Assembly (NCBI GenBank): GCA_000934665.2
Contig: KZ538108.1
Span: forward strand, 1 to 64,000
From: Catajapyx aquilonaris
Lineage: Eukaryota
Direction of reading: 5' to 3'
DNA length: 64,000 bases
The notes under the pieces are model-generated. The model made no database searches. It had not been told where the DNA came from and was given only the letters and a program-made list of their open reading frames with translations. Both the position numbers and the translations under genes were made by a program. Positions within the stretch are counted from its first letter, which is position 1. The number at the start of each line of letters is the position of its first letter. Below, one piece after another: positions 34,183 to 46,300 of this stretch.

Positions 34183-35590
34183 CGAACCAAGGAAAGGCCT
34201 TGTTTTTTTGGTGGCAGCCGCAGCTTGGAACCCCTTTTTCCACCCCCTCAAATTTTTTCCACCCTTTCTCAACCCCCTCTATACCCCACCCAACAGAGAT
34301 ACTTTTCTCCTCCACCGCACATAAGGCTCCAATCAGCATTGTTGTCAGACACAATTTGGGCCCACCTCCCCCCACCACCTTTCACCCTAAACCGCACAAC
34401 CCCTTCACTTAATCCAAACAGATTTGACACGTACTCGGTATGTCAACCTGTCTAAAATTCCGGATAAACACCACTGCTCTGTACTACAGGGTGCCCATTG
34501 TCGAGAGCAATTGTCGAAATTACGGCAGGTCCATCAAGTCTCACTGGAGAATAGACAATAAATGAGAAAGAATTTGCTGCATAAATATTCGCAATAAACC
34601 TACAATTCGTGCTCTGTGCAATAATGATTAAAATGCAATTAAATTAAAGGCAACTCGGCGGATAATTCAGATCGTTTTATACTTCACTCGATGGCCTGTA
34701 AACGGAATTAATGGCGATTGTAAAATTGCGTGCGAAATTTTGCGCCGTGTGAGCAAAATGCGACAATTGGGGGACTAAGTAAACGCCTAATTATCCAGAC
34801 AGGCGGCTGTGAACGTGGATTTATGGAGCAGGAAAAAGGAAAATGAGCGATTTGAAGTGGCGATTTTGAGAGTCGTGAGGGTGGAAAGCAGCATTTATTT
34901 TTTTGCACAGTGCAGATTTTGGTCTGGGCCATCAGGAAGTGGTGTCCTATGCATTGTTGTTCCGCAATAATGTTGACCAAGACGGAAGTGATCGGAGAGT
35001 TTGCGCCAATTGCAATTTGCATGATTTCGCAAAAAAAAATCGTGTGCGAGCCCGCTTTTGCCCTTGATCCCATTTTTGCAGAAAAAAACGCCAAAACCTT
35101 GGCTCGCATTTTGAATGGGCCCGAATTTTGTTTGCATTTATTTGGACACTTTTGCGTGGCCATCATTTGCACATAGTGTGTACTCTAATTGCGGCTGGTT
35201 GTACCCTTGAGGTTGGAATTGGCGAAAAAGTATTTTTTGTGTGTGCCAACTAGATTGTGATGTGGCCTTGGAGCACTGCTGGAGACACCCGGTGCCACCT
35301 TTTCCTTCAGAGGTCACAATAAGTTTGCCGAGAGGAAACAATTGGTCATGGCGCAATTTTCGGGATTCGCGAGTGATGCTGGGGTTGATCCGGTGGCGGC
35401 GTCGTCGGCGTCGTCGTAATGACGTGGGTGGGGACTGGTCCAGCGATGAGCGCCGCCTATCCCTGGCGCCGCTGCCGCCGCCCGTCGTCGTTCTCTGGCA
35501 TCTCCTCTTGCCGAGAGGAAAAGGAGCAGCAGAGCAGGTGCTGCTGCCCCACCAGCCACGGCGTCGTCGTCGTCGTCGTCGTCGTCGACC

Positions 35591-36849
35591 ATGGCGTCGT
35601 CGATAGTGCTCAAGAGCCTCTCCGTCCTCCTAGGACTCTTCTTCATCTTTGTCGGAACGCTCAAGATAACCCCAGCTCTCAGCAAGGATCTACACAAGGA
35701 CCTGGTGAGGAGCAAGACCCAGACCCACCCCCCAAATGTACACACTCATTGCACAGAGCGTACAGAGAGTATAAAGTAACCTGCCCCAAGCCCCGCCCAC
35801 CTGGATATGTGTCCTCCAAACACCACCCCTATAAATAGGCAACACACACACACACTGGGACCCCACTTGGCACCCAACCAGACACTCTCTCACGATGGCA
35901 AAGCGCCAGACACAATAATGTGTGTAAAGTTATTCCCGTAATGCGTTACCACAACGTAACTCATTATGTAACACACTGCCATTCACTCCTTTTTTGATTG
36001 CCCACCGACCGTGGAACTTTGTTTCTGCCGCATCAAACCGGCTCATACGCAGCCAAAATTGTGACACTGACAAGACAGTCTTCTACCATATGAAACAATG
36101 AGGCAATCCATACACATTCATGCACTGGTCATTACATCAATCACAGCATTCTTAACGAGAAGAAAAGGATACAGACATATCATCATAAAAGTTAAAACGG
36201 ACACAGTGGAATTTTCATCCCACTGCTAGCTACTGCTAACTTAGCAGTAACGTTGCCAACACTGGTACTGCTAAGTTAGCAGTGACTAGCAGTGGGACCA
36301 TTTAAGCCTGATACTGTCTCGTGACATGTTATCATACACATTGATTTTATTTCAGAGGAAGGAATTTGTCAAGTACTCAAAAGTGTTCCCTTTGGCCCAA
36401 ACCCTGAGCTTCAAGATCCCGTCAAAATGGTACCGAAGGGTGGTCGGAGGACTAGAAATTGCCTGCGGACTAGCACTGGCCTTCATCCCGTATGGTCAGT
36501 CCACTTTATAGTTGATTGTGCCCCTTTCCACTGTGAACATGCGTCCTGTATCTCGTTAACAATTACAGGTAATGTAAAAAATGCGGCCAACATGACTCTC
36601 GTGGTGCTCATGATGATGGCGATCTACTCTCACTTTATGGTTGACGACAAGTTCGAGAGGACGGCTCCGGCTTTGGTCAGTATTTCCTCCTGGAGATGAC
36701 ATGCAAGTAGAGCTCATTTCTATTGATTCACGCAGGTGTTTTTCTTCATGTTGATATGTCGCTTGGTGGTGGACGTCCAACTGAGGCGCAAACAAGAACA
36801 ACTGGAAGCCGAGGCCCTAGCTCGAGAACTGGCCGAAAAGGAGGACTAA
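35591..36849 (+). CDS. TMEM35A: Novel acetylcholine receptor chaperone NACHO (TMEM35 family), 157 aa
   Basis: Exons 35591-35704, 36356-36494, 36569-36675 and 36736-36849 join in frame. Motifs: LSVLLGLFFIFVGTLKITP, RKEFVKYSKVFPL, YRRVVGGLEIACGLALAFIP, DKFERTAPALVFFFMLICRL. Four hydrophobic segments and a C-terminal AEKED. Confidence 0.93.
36208..36299. mobile_element. MITE-like family A copy in NACHO intron 1
   Basis: gaattttcatcccactgctagctactgctaacttagcagta...tactgctaagttagcagtgactagcagtgggac is self-complementary and matches the 4276 element TIR. Confidence 0.7.
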
Positions 36850-37578
36850 AAAAAACAAAACAAGCTACATGACAATGTAGAAAACACATGTGAACAACAC
36901 ATATGCCTTCTCACACATGCCCTTACACATCCTTTACACCAACCCCCGTACCATTAAAATAGACAGCACCATTTCTACATGACAGTACACAACTAACCCT
37001 GTGAAATATGTGAATGCCTTCCCCCTCGAAATCCTCCCACAACCCCACTTAACTTCCATTTTTGCTCAGAACTGCCAAAATAAACCTAAAAGGACGGATC
37101 CGCTTCGTTTGCGGGGTCTGTGCCGCCCTTATTTAGTGTGTAAGCTACACCAGTCTCCCTCTTGTGATTGGCTAGTGCACTACAAGTGGGCTCTACAGAC
37201 TGGCAAAAGAAGGCGATCGCAGGTTTACACCCTGTAAAGAAGGGAGTTTAAAAAAATACAAAGGTGGCAGAAGGATTGAATATATCAAGGCGATATTTCT
37301 TTTGGGGCCCTTTCCCCCCCAGTTTTATATAATCACGGAAATAAACCTCACGGTGTTGTACACTTCTTCCAAATCATTTATACAACTGGGCACCCATCAA
37401 ATTTTTTCCAATATTATCTCTTAACTCTCTTAAGTAAACAAAGCAAGTGTGACGAGAGGTAAAGCACTGGTGGTTTCCCAACATTTTTGGGTCAGCAGAA
37501 AATTCGTGGCAAAGAGGATGGTCTCCGATGGGGAATAAAATGTCATTCGGCTAAAAAAACAAAACAAAAAAAGAGCAC

Positions 37579-38913
37579 TTAAGTGTCTTGACCAGACTGA
37601 AGCAACCTGAGGGCCTTCTGCAGGTTGTCGATGGCTGTGGAGACATCCTCGTAGTTCAATGCACTCGAGGCCCACTTGCAGTACTTTTGGGCCTTTCCGA
37701 TGTCTTCAGGTTTCAAAACCACACCACCTGAAGGACAGAAAAAAACCAGCGTTACACTCTGCAGGAAAGCGAATATCGATTGGTACGTGAAATTGTTGTA
37801 TGGAAAGCCAAAGTTGACGAATTGAACCGGAATAAAGATGATGTTTAATATGAGATGGATTGTACTATTACGTTGCAGTCGTAGCTGCATTTCAGTGGGA
37901 CGTCTCACCTGCAGGAGCGAGATGCGAGTAGTCGCTTGTTGTTAGATCGACGTTTGACCCAACAGTGGCTGGAAGGGAGGATGTGGAGGCAGCAGATGGG
38001 TGTTTGGGTGGAGGGAAAGAGTGTGGGGTGTCCTTAAAGGCTGTGAGGTATGGGTTATACCCGAAGGATGGGGTCGGGGAAGGGTCACGCGGCGGGGTCG
38101 GCAGAACCAGGTCGGATCCAGCGACGCCCAACGTCAAACCAGGTGGCGGTCCCATAGCTGCTCCGACCTCCATATCCTCCTCCGCAGGTTTGCCACTCGA
38201 TGAATCTGAAAATTGCCCCTCTACATTTTAGGTGATGGGCACCATGCCATAGATTAAGGCGTAAGAAAGGAACCACCTTCATCTCCTTCGCTCATTGGTC
38301 CTGGAATGGGAGTCTCCCCGTTCTTGAGGCAGTTGTGGATGTACGCCGCTTTCCACTTGGCATACTTGCGGTGACCATCGATTTCCTCCGAGAGCTCCCC
38401 AAACGACGTCAGAACATCGAAAAGCATCCCGGCTGTGTAGAACGCCTTCACCACATTCCTGGTTTTGAAAAGGCACAAATGTAGAGCTTTATAGTGCGGG
38501 ACAGCATCGTAACGTACTTGTTAAACCGACCAGCCCTGTCCTCTCCGTCTGCCCAGAGGAACAGCTTGAGGGCGTAGTTCTCAACGTGCGCCGCAGCGGC
38601 CAGGTCGTTGGTGACAGCCTCGTTGTCTGCCAGGTCCTTCTTCTGCATCTCCAGCCAGTCCATGAGCGCTCCAAGCAGGGCCAGGCTCTCCTTCTGCTTC
38701 CGATCAATCTTCAATCCAGACTGAAGTGCGTACAGCCGACCTGGAACAATCAATTATTATTATTAAATGAAATTAATGAGTTTACAATATGATGCGGTGC
38801 TTACACCAGTAGCTGATGACTTGGTCCCTGTTGTCGTGTTCCACTGCAGTCTTGAGGTAGTGCTGGATGGGCTTCAGCACTGGTGGGCACGGGGGGAACC
38901 GAGGGGTGGCCAT
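37579..38913 (-). CDS. VTA1: Vacuolar protein sorting-associated protein VTA1 (ESCRT/Vps4 cofactor), 319 aa
   Basis: Exons 38913-38805, 38740-38518, 38458-38277, 38205-37909 and 37727-37579 (960 nt). MIT-region motifs SYWCRLYALQ and RKYAKWKAAYIHNCLKNGETPIPGP; VSL domain KAQKYCKWASSALNYEDVSTAIDNLQKAL. Confidence 0.96.
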
Positions 38914-39403
38914 GGCTTCTTCTTCCGCGTGTCTGTCTGTCTGTCTTCTGCTGAGAGAATGACTCAAAATGAATCACACGCCATTTGTTGGAATTTCATC
39001 ACAGAACGAATAGCATATAGCGGATAGCCAACCACTCCCTGCTGCTCCAGGACGATAGCAGCTTACAACAACTGTTATTGTAGCCGCTGCGGTGGTTTCA
39101 ACCCCGCTTAGAAATCCGTAATGGCGGACTAGGCAGAAAATTCGAACATTCGGATTGGAAAAGGTTGGGGTAAATATTTGGATCAGACTAATGGCGATGG
39201 GAGTCCATGAAAGCATTTTTTTAGGTGTTGAAAGCATAAACATTCGAATCTGTCTGCTGATTTTGGTGGATCAAAGCAGGGTTTTAATTTAATATGTTTT
39301 TATTTTGGGGGATTTTAATAATAGACACAAAACTGACAAGAAAACATGCTTGTGCAGGTACTGGTGGATGACCACTTCGTTTGTGCAGCGGTTGATGTCA
39401 ACA

Positions 39404-40814
39404 ATGAGCAGGGAGCCGAAGAGGTACTTCCGCAATCCGTACCCGGAGTACGACCCCAGCACGAAGGAAGGAGAGCCGGGGTTTGAGGCGGAGTGCTTCA
39501 GGGCGGCGGAGAGGGTGGCAGGGGGCGCCCCTGGTCGGGAGATGGACGGGGGGCTGTACGTGGGGCCTGCGGGAGTGGCCTATGCCATGATGCATGCGGC
39601 GCAGGCCCCGGCGCTGGGGGCCAAGAGGGAGCAGCTGCTTGCGTGGGCCAGGGAGCTCATCAGGCCGCACGTGGTGCAGTGCGAGAAGGGCAGAGACCCT
39701 AAGCAGGCGTTTGGGTTCCTGCTGGGAAACGCAGGGGTCTACGCTGTTGCAGCTGCTCTGGCGCACGACACTGGTCGGTACTCTGCGGCAGTCCAGTCGC
39801 AGTCTGTACCATAAATTCATTGCAGGCGACCATGAAGGTCAGCGGCAGTACCTGTTGCGTTTTGCCCAATGCTGCCCTCCAGCATCGCCATCCGACTTTC
39901 TTGGATGTGGCAGCAACGAGCTCTTTGTGGGTCGTGCTGGCTACTTGTGCGCCGCCATTTGGTTGAAGAACTACTGCCTCGGGGGCAGCTCATACCCTGT
40001 ACCACCTGAGCGTCTCCATCCCCTGTGGTCCGCCATTGTGGCCGGGGGCAGACCAGCTCCTCTGATGTACTCATACTATGGAACGGAGTATTTGGGTGCT
40101 GCCCACGGCCTCTGCGCCATATTGCAGGTATGAAATTGGTAAGCATGCATTCGTGACAACAAATGTGAAGTTTATTGCGTATCATTGTGTGGTTCAGGTG
40201 CTAATGAGCTTCCCAGAATTCCTCAAAGCCGATCCTGCAGCAGAGAAGGACATCAAGGGTTCAGTGGATTGGTACGTGAGCCTGCAGGAGGAAGACGGGA
40301 ACTTCCCATGCGCCACGGATGAGACTGGTCGTGGGAAGCGGAAGGAGGAGGACATGCTGGTGCACTGGTGTCACGGTGCTCCTGGTGCGGTTTACATGCT
40401 GGCGAAGGCGTACCTCACCTGGAAGGATCAGCGTTACCTGGATGCTGCTCTTCGGTGTGGCGAATGCATCTGGAATAAAGGGCTGCTCAGGAAAGGGCCA
40501 GGTAAGGTGCAGATTGTCCGACTTGTTTGGCATGCATAACCACTCCTGGTACTTCTTTAGGAATATGCCATGGAGTAGCAGGCAACGGGTATGTCTTCCT
40601 CCTGCTGCACCGTCTTACAGGCGACCAACGCCACCTGTACCGTGCCCGTCGCTTTGCAAGTTTCATGCAGGAGGACGCCTTCCTCCGAGGCGCCAGGACC
40701 CCTGACTGCCCCTTCTCGCTCTACGAGGGTCTGGCAGGGACCGTTTGCTTCCTGGCTGACCTCACACGACCCCAGGAGGCACATTTCCCATTCTTTGACA
40801 TATTCAAGAATTAA
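39404..40814 (+). CDS. LANCL3: LanC-like protein 3 homolog (~409 aa)
   Basis: Exons 39404-39773, 39826-40127, 40198-40501 and 40561-40814. Motifs: GGLYVGPAGVAY, GCGSNELFVGRAGYLCAA, PLMYSYYGTEYLGAAHG, Zn-binding WCHGAPG and GICHGVAGNGY, SLYEGLAG. In-frame ATGs at 39368 and 39395 are alternative starts. Confidence 0.93.
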
Positions 40815-41087
40815 ATGACGTCACGACTGTACTCTGCATCTACGCTAAGCCCTAATGATACAATAATACATGGTAATGTCAAGAAAGTACAGGTACATTC
40901 CAGTTTTTTTGTCGATGTCTTGCAGATCCTACTTGGGGCGAAAGTCTTTGTGTCCTGATATTAGAATTTAAAACCTGCTCTACCTCAGAGCACATCACAC
41001 ATTGGTACCTGAAAAGTGGACAGTAATGAAAGGACTAAGAAATATGCAGCATTGATTTTTATATCAATTTGTACTTGAATTCAAAGG

Positions 41088-43265
41088 TCATGACTCATTA
41101 TCAGTAACAATTTCACCCTCTTCAACATCAGGGGATGGAAGCGGAGGAGTTTGAGGCTCCTGCTCAACATGGGCGCATTCAATGCTGGTGCTGGAACTCC
41201 AGTCACCCAGGACAACTGGACGCTTCCGAATGCCCCTGACCAATATGATAGCTTCTGCTTCCAGGGCGCTTTCCGACTCCTTCTTGGGGGTCCCGGGAGT
41301 TATGGGCGTCAGTCGCCAGGGATCGCACTCGGGTGTTGCAGTAGGATTGGCTTTAGGCACAGCCACCAGCTGGCCCTTGACTGGAGAGGGTTGCACGATC
41401 AGATGGCTCCTATGAGGTGGGTTGGGGCGTTTCACTTCTGGCGGCTGCGTCTGGCGAGGAGGGCTGGGAGGTGTAATGTTCTCGGGTGGCGGGCTTAACT
41501 TTTCTGCTTGGCACTTGCGCTCAGACACTTCCGGTTCAGGCACACGGACGGCATTTGCATCGTGGCTGTGCTTTTCCCTGCTGGAGGTCCTTTGCTTCTT
41601 GCTCTTGCCTTGCTGTGGGTCGCTGGTCTTGCGCTTCTGGCTCTTTGCACGAGGCGACCAGGGTTGCTTCTCAGGTGGTAGGTCGGCTGGCCATACAATG
41701 TTGAGCGGCCTGCGTTGCATGTCCTCCTCCCACCATGTTATGCTCCTCTTGGACCGTTCCTCTTGCGTCCGGTGGCCCCTTTCTGAAACCTTCTTGGGGC
41801 TCTTAACCTTGCGATGATCTGCCTCATTCCTGCGCCTGGGATGTTCCTTTTCAGTTCTGCTCCGTGGACGATCATCCACGTGCCTCCTTGAGTGTCTGCT
41901 GTCTTTGGTACGTTCCTTTGAGAGGTGATCAACACGTGCCTTTGCATCCTTCCTAGGGGGGGATGGAGTTGAGCTGCTGTGGTACCGCCTTGTTGCTAAA
42001 TGCCCACGATGGTGGCGGCTCCTTGGTGGGCTTCTGGATCTCTCCCTAGAATTTCTCGACTTCCTCTCTACAGGAGCAGGCAAATTCTCACACTGCTTTG
42101 GGCTGCTAGACCTACGACTTGAAGTCCTAGCATCATCGTGACTTGTTTGAGACAAAGTGGATGGAGGACGCTGGCCTTGACTAGTGCTGTCTGGTAAAAT
42201 CTTGCGGCTTGTCACTTTCTTTCTTTTGCGGTCTGTTCCGTCCCTGTTGCCAGCTTGCTTTTTTGCACTCTTGTTCTTGCTGGTAGATGATTTCAGATTG
42301 TTGGAAGCACCTTGCTTTTTCGCACCGTTGTTCTCGCTGGTAGATGATTTTAGATTGTTGGAAGCACCTTTCTCTACAGGAGAATCCTTGGAAACACTAC
42401 ACATTTCTGTCTTGCCTGATTCTTCAGTGACCGGGATCTGGCTAATGTTGCTCCACGTTTCCGCACCCTCCCTAACAGCAATGATCATTTGTTCCTCCCT
42501 AACTTCCGACGAACCACTGCTCAATCTGTCCGAGTCCTCCGAACCAGTACTTTTTTTTTCTTCGCCGGATTCCCTGTTGCTACCTGCACTGACGATGCCA
42601 GAGTCATCACCTGCCTGCACTGAAACCGCGGCCTCCTCCTCATCGTCCGACACTATGACCTTGCTCCTAGGCCTGGCATCACCCTGGAATTCCCACTGTT
42701 CAGCAATGACTGTGATTGTCACATTTCCAAGCTTATGCGACTTCTCTATTTTCTGCTGTGGAAAGAGATACGAGGCTATTATTTCTGAACGAATGTCATA
42801 TTTGGTGCAGATACGTACAGCGCCGTTTGTCGGGACAGGAATGAACACAGGCGAGGGTTCAACCCGTGTCTTCATCAGCAGGTCTGCGATCTCCTCCCGT
42901 GTGTACCTGCAGCGTGCCTCCCTAATGGCAAGCCTCTCCACCTCCGCCCTCATGTCCTTCAGCTGCTTATCCTTCCGCTGCACTTCCGCCTTAGCCGTCT
43001 TGTACAAACTGGATATGTTGTACTCCAACGTCTTGGCGCGATTCCTGAGCCTCTCGCACTCGTCCCTAGAAGAGCCCAGATCATCCCTCACATTCCTCAC
43101 CTTCTCTTGCAAGCGAGCATTCTCCTGATGCAGCTGGGATAAAAAGCCACAGTTAGGATCATCCCCGAGTCAGTTTGCTCTGAAAATGTCTCTCACCTTC
43201 CGTATGACATCGATGTAAGGGACGTCAATGTCACCGTAGATATCCTCTTCCTCCTCTCCGGACAT
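41088..43265 (-). CDS. CASP8AP2: FLASH/CASP8AP2-like histone pre-mRNA processing factor (704 aa)
   Basis: Exons 43265-43197 (MSGEEEEDIYGDIDVPYIDVIRK) and 43133-41088. The coiled coil LEYNISSLYKTAKAEVQRKDKQL matches the recalled FLASH N-terminal signature (NISALIKTARVEINRKD), and EDIY resembles the LDLY/LDIY motif. The rest is low-complexity Ser/Arg/Lys/Pro. Confidence 0.8.
42253..42370 (-). repeat. In-frame 57-bp tandem duplication within the FLASH-like exon
   Basis: Encodes GASNNLKSSTSENNGAKKQ followed by GASNNLKSSTSKNKSAKKQ. Confidence 0.85.
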
Positions 43266-43314
43266 CCTGCGTCTAACAATCCGAGAAAAAGACTGTTCAC
43301 CGCCAACAGCAGGA

Positions 43315-43326
43315 GGCGGCCATCTT
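43315..43326 (-). promoter_or_regulatory. YY1/Pho-like motif in the divergent FLASH/afadin promoter region
   Basis: AAGATGGCCGCC on the minus strand 50 nt upstream of the FLASH-like ATG. Motif match only. Confidence 0.35.
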
Positions 43327-46300
43327 TAACCGCCAAATCTTGGGCCGAAAGCACAGCAGCTACCATTTTTGTGCTATTAGTAGCCGCTACTTGTTTTAAT
43401 TCCCAATTAATGTCTAGTTTAACAAATTTGTGTTTAAATTAGGCAATTAGTGCGTTTATAATTAGTGCGGCGCATTAAATGATGAGTTGCAGTCAGTGCC
43501 GCCTGGTGGTGGATTGCCTGGGGAAGAAAAAGGAACGCACCGACATGAGCGCCGTATGTCCAGTCTGGTGTCGGCGCCTCCAACTACTGCCAGCCAGTCT
43601 GGGGAGAGGGAGGGGGTGGAGGGGGGAATAGAACGAGAGAGAGAGAGAGAGAGAGAGAGAAAAAAAAAGATCTGTCGACCGAAGTGGTCGAGTCGGATTC
43701 CGTTCGTCGAGCGGGTGAGGCGGCCGCACAGTTTTGTGTGTGTTTCGTGGGTGTTGTTGTTGTGTCCGGGGGTGTGTGCAGCCCCGTGTGTTCCAGGAGT
43801 TGGAAGAGAAAAAGAGTGGGGGGTGGTGGTTGTCCCAAGTGGTGCGTGCCAGTCGAAGGTCACTTTGGGGAGGGGAAAAAAAAGAAGGAGCCATCGCACT
43901 GAGGAGAAGGGGGCACCGGACTTGACCCGTGTGAACATACGCAGCATACACTACGGAATTATTTAAAAAAAAGGTACGGTAAGAGAGAGGGAGAGAGAGA
44001 GCCACGTGGTGGAACACCGGGAGGGGCGACAACCTGACGGACGCTCACGACGCCGACGCCGCGGTGTGAACGAACTCCCCCCCGGTCCGTGTAGGTCGCA
44101 ACAATGAAACGTGACAACAACGGTGCATGCACGCCAGTGACGTCACGTTTGCGAATATATTCGCCAACGCTGCATTATTTTTGCATATTCAAAAATGTGT
44201 CAACATGGGAGCTGGACACTTGCCAGGAAAAGTGCGTGACATTGTTGATGATGCGACATATTTTTTTGGTTGGAGGTGCACAAGTGACTAGAATGTACAG
44301 TAGAGGAGGAGTAGGTCAGGTGTGCAAAAGTCGTATATAGGGTTTAGTTTCAGACAATCGAGATTCCTGCGAAGGAAAGTGGGCTAAACTGACGGAAAAA
44401 TGAGCTTTACCTGAATACCTTGCCCCGACATGCACACACGTGACGTAACAATTGGCGACCCGCATTGCGTGCCCTGTTGGGGGGTCCAATCTTCCCCCCA
44501 AAAAATGTAAAATCAGGGGGAGTCCATAAATGGCATGCGATTAACATGCAAATGCGTAATGACATGTAAATGATCCGGCTTATTCACCAGACTGCTCAAT
44601 ATGCGAATACCTCCGCCGCCAAAACATGCGAGCCCGCATTTCTGCATGGGAAATATGTTGGTAACTACAATGCAAAAATCACTGAGCAATCTTCGTCATT
44701 TATTTGCCAAATGTGGAAAGCAATCTTGAGAGTTTTCACTGCATACTAGGCTTTCCAAATAATTGTGTCAGGATGTCAAAGGGTTGGGACGGACACCTTG
44801 GGGGCACATAGCCAAGGGGAGGCCAGATAATGCGGCGCCAGTCTGATGGACAAAACCTCGTCCTGGTAATGCTGGTTTACGAAATGTGGAATTTCCCCTG
44901 AGCTGGTCATTTCTAGCTCAGTCACCAAATTCAGCACGTACACTATGCAGGAAGACCTGCTGGGTGGACCTTAGTGAAACCCAATGTGTACACAAACCAG
45001 CCGTCTGGTGGTCTGTATAAACTAAATATGAACCCTCTAGACACCTTGCATTTAAAAAATTGAGGTGTCCCCTTGGGCTGCAAACCACAAAATTTGAGTC
45101 AAACGAGCGTGGTTGTAGTTGACACCCCGCCGGTAATTACACGGTTGAATCACACGAGTGAGTGCGTGAGTGTGTGGCCGCGTTTTTATCGACTCCAGCA
45201 GCGTTCATTTCGCTTGGAAACAACAACAAAAAAAAGACCGAGAAAGAGAGAGAGAGAGAGAGAAAAAAAATCCATATTAGCGTTCGTGCTGTAGCTGTAA
45301 TGACGGTATCGGAATCCATAAAGCCACTGGCCAAGTGCAAGAGGAATTCTTGGTGTCGTCCAGCAGGCAGCTTCCTGCTCCTAAGTTACTGTGCCTGACT
45401 GACCACCCCGTCTGTCTCCTGCCCATCATTGGAGGCCAGTTCCCCCCCTCCTCTTTTGCTATTCCCTCCCTATTGCTTGATCCTGCCTGGCCCTTCTCGT
45501 GGGAATATTATTACTCATCCCGAGGCCTCCCCTACCTCCGGGATCCCAAAGGCAGCGGCTTGCTCAGTTGTTGTCCTATAACACAAGCTAGGGGGGGAAA
45601 CAGGCAGCCTGAGGGTGGTGGCCAGGGAGGCCCTTGCCCCCTTGCCTCTGCTCCAGATTCCTTCCCAATTATTACTCAACACCTGCTATTCGCAGAAGGG
45701 TCCATTCCCCCCCAAGCAGGCCCATCAAATATTTCGATATATAAAGAGCGCTATAGACATGGAAGCAGCCAACAAGCCGTGCAAATGTCTTCTGTCAACT
45801 AGTTGCTCTGGAATCACGCGAGACTGTGAAATTGGACAGTGCATTTTTACCGAAGCCTGGTTGGCAATGTTTTCTAGCGCAGTGGCTATATCAGGGTGCA
45901 AAAAAATGAGCCTTGGCGAGGGTAGGAAATAATTCACCTCCCTAATTAGTTTATGAGATTTGCATCATGCAGCTGAAGCAGCAGCAGCAGCAGCCACGCG
46001 GCATAATATATGTTTCATTAGCAGGATCCGTAATAGGCGGCAGTCCAAGAGCGCGTGTTAATTAATGGATGGTGATGATGATGCGCAGGGTTTTGCCAGG
46101 AAAGCGCGTTGTAATGTTATTTGTGCGTATTTTAACACTGATGGCTCAGGTGCCCTGAGGTGATTCTCTGGCTGATGCAACTGGGGGTTGTCTTTTATAT
46201 ACACCGCGGGACATTCTTTTCTGCGAAATGGCAATGTCCTCTCCCAATTTTCTCCCACCCTCCCTGTCCACGAAATTGCGTTTCCGGACCCTTGTAACAT

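Noticed and set aside
14779..36849. SOL-1 and NACHO as a functional receptor-assembly cluster
   Set aside because: They are separated by unrelated genes, and proximity alone is not evidence without conserved synteny.
39404..40814. LanC-like gene as a lanthipeptide cluster or horizontal transfer
   Set aside because: Intron-containing ordinary animal LANCL3, with no LanB/LanM, precursor or transporter nearby.
42184..43128. 314-aa plus-strand ORF
   Set aside because: Antisense shadow of the FLASH-like exon.
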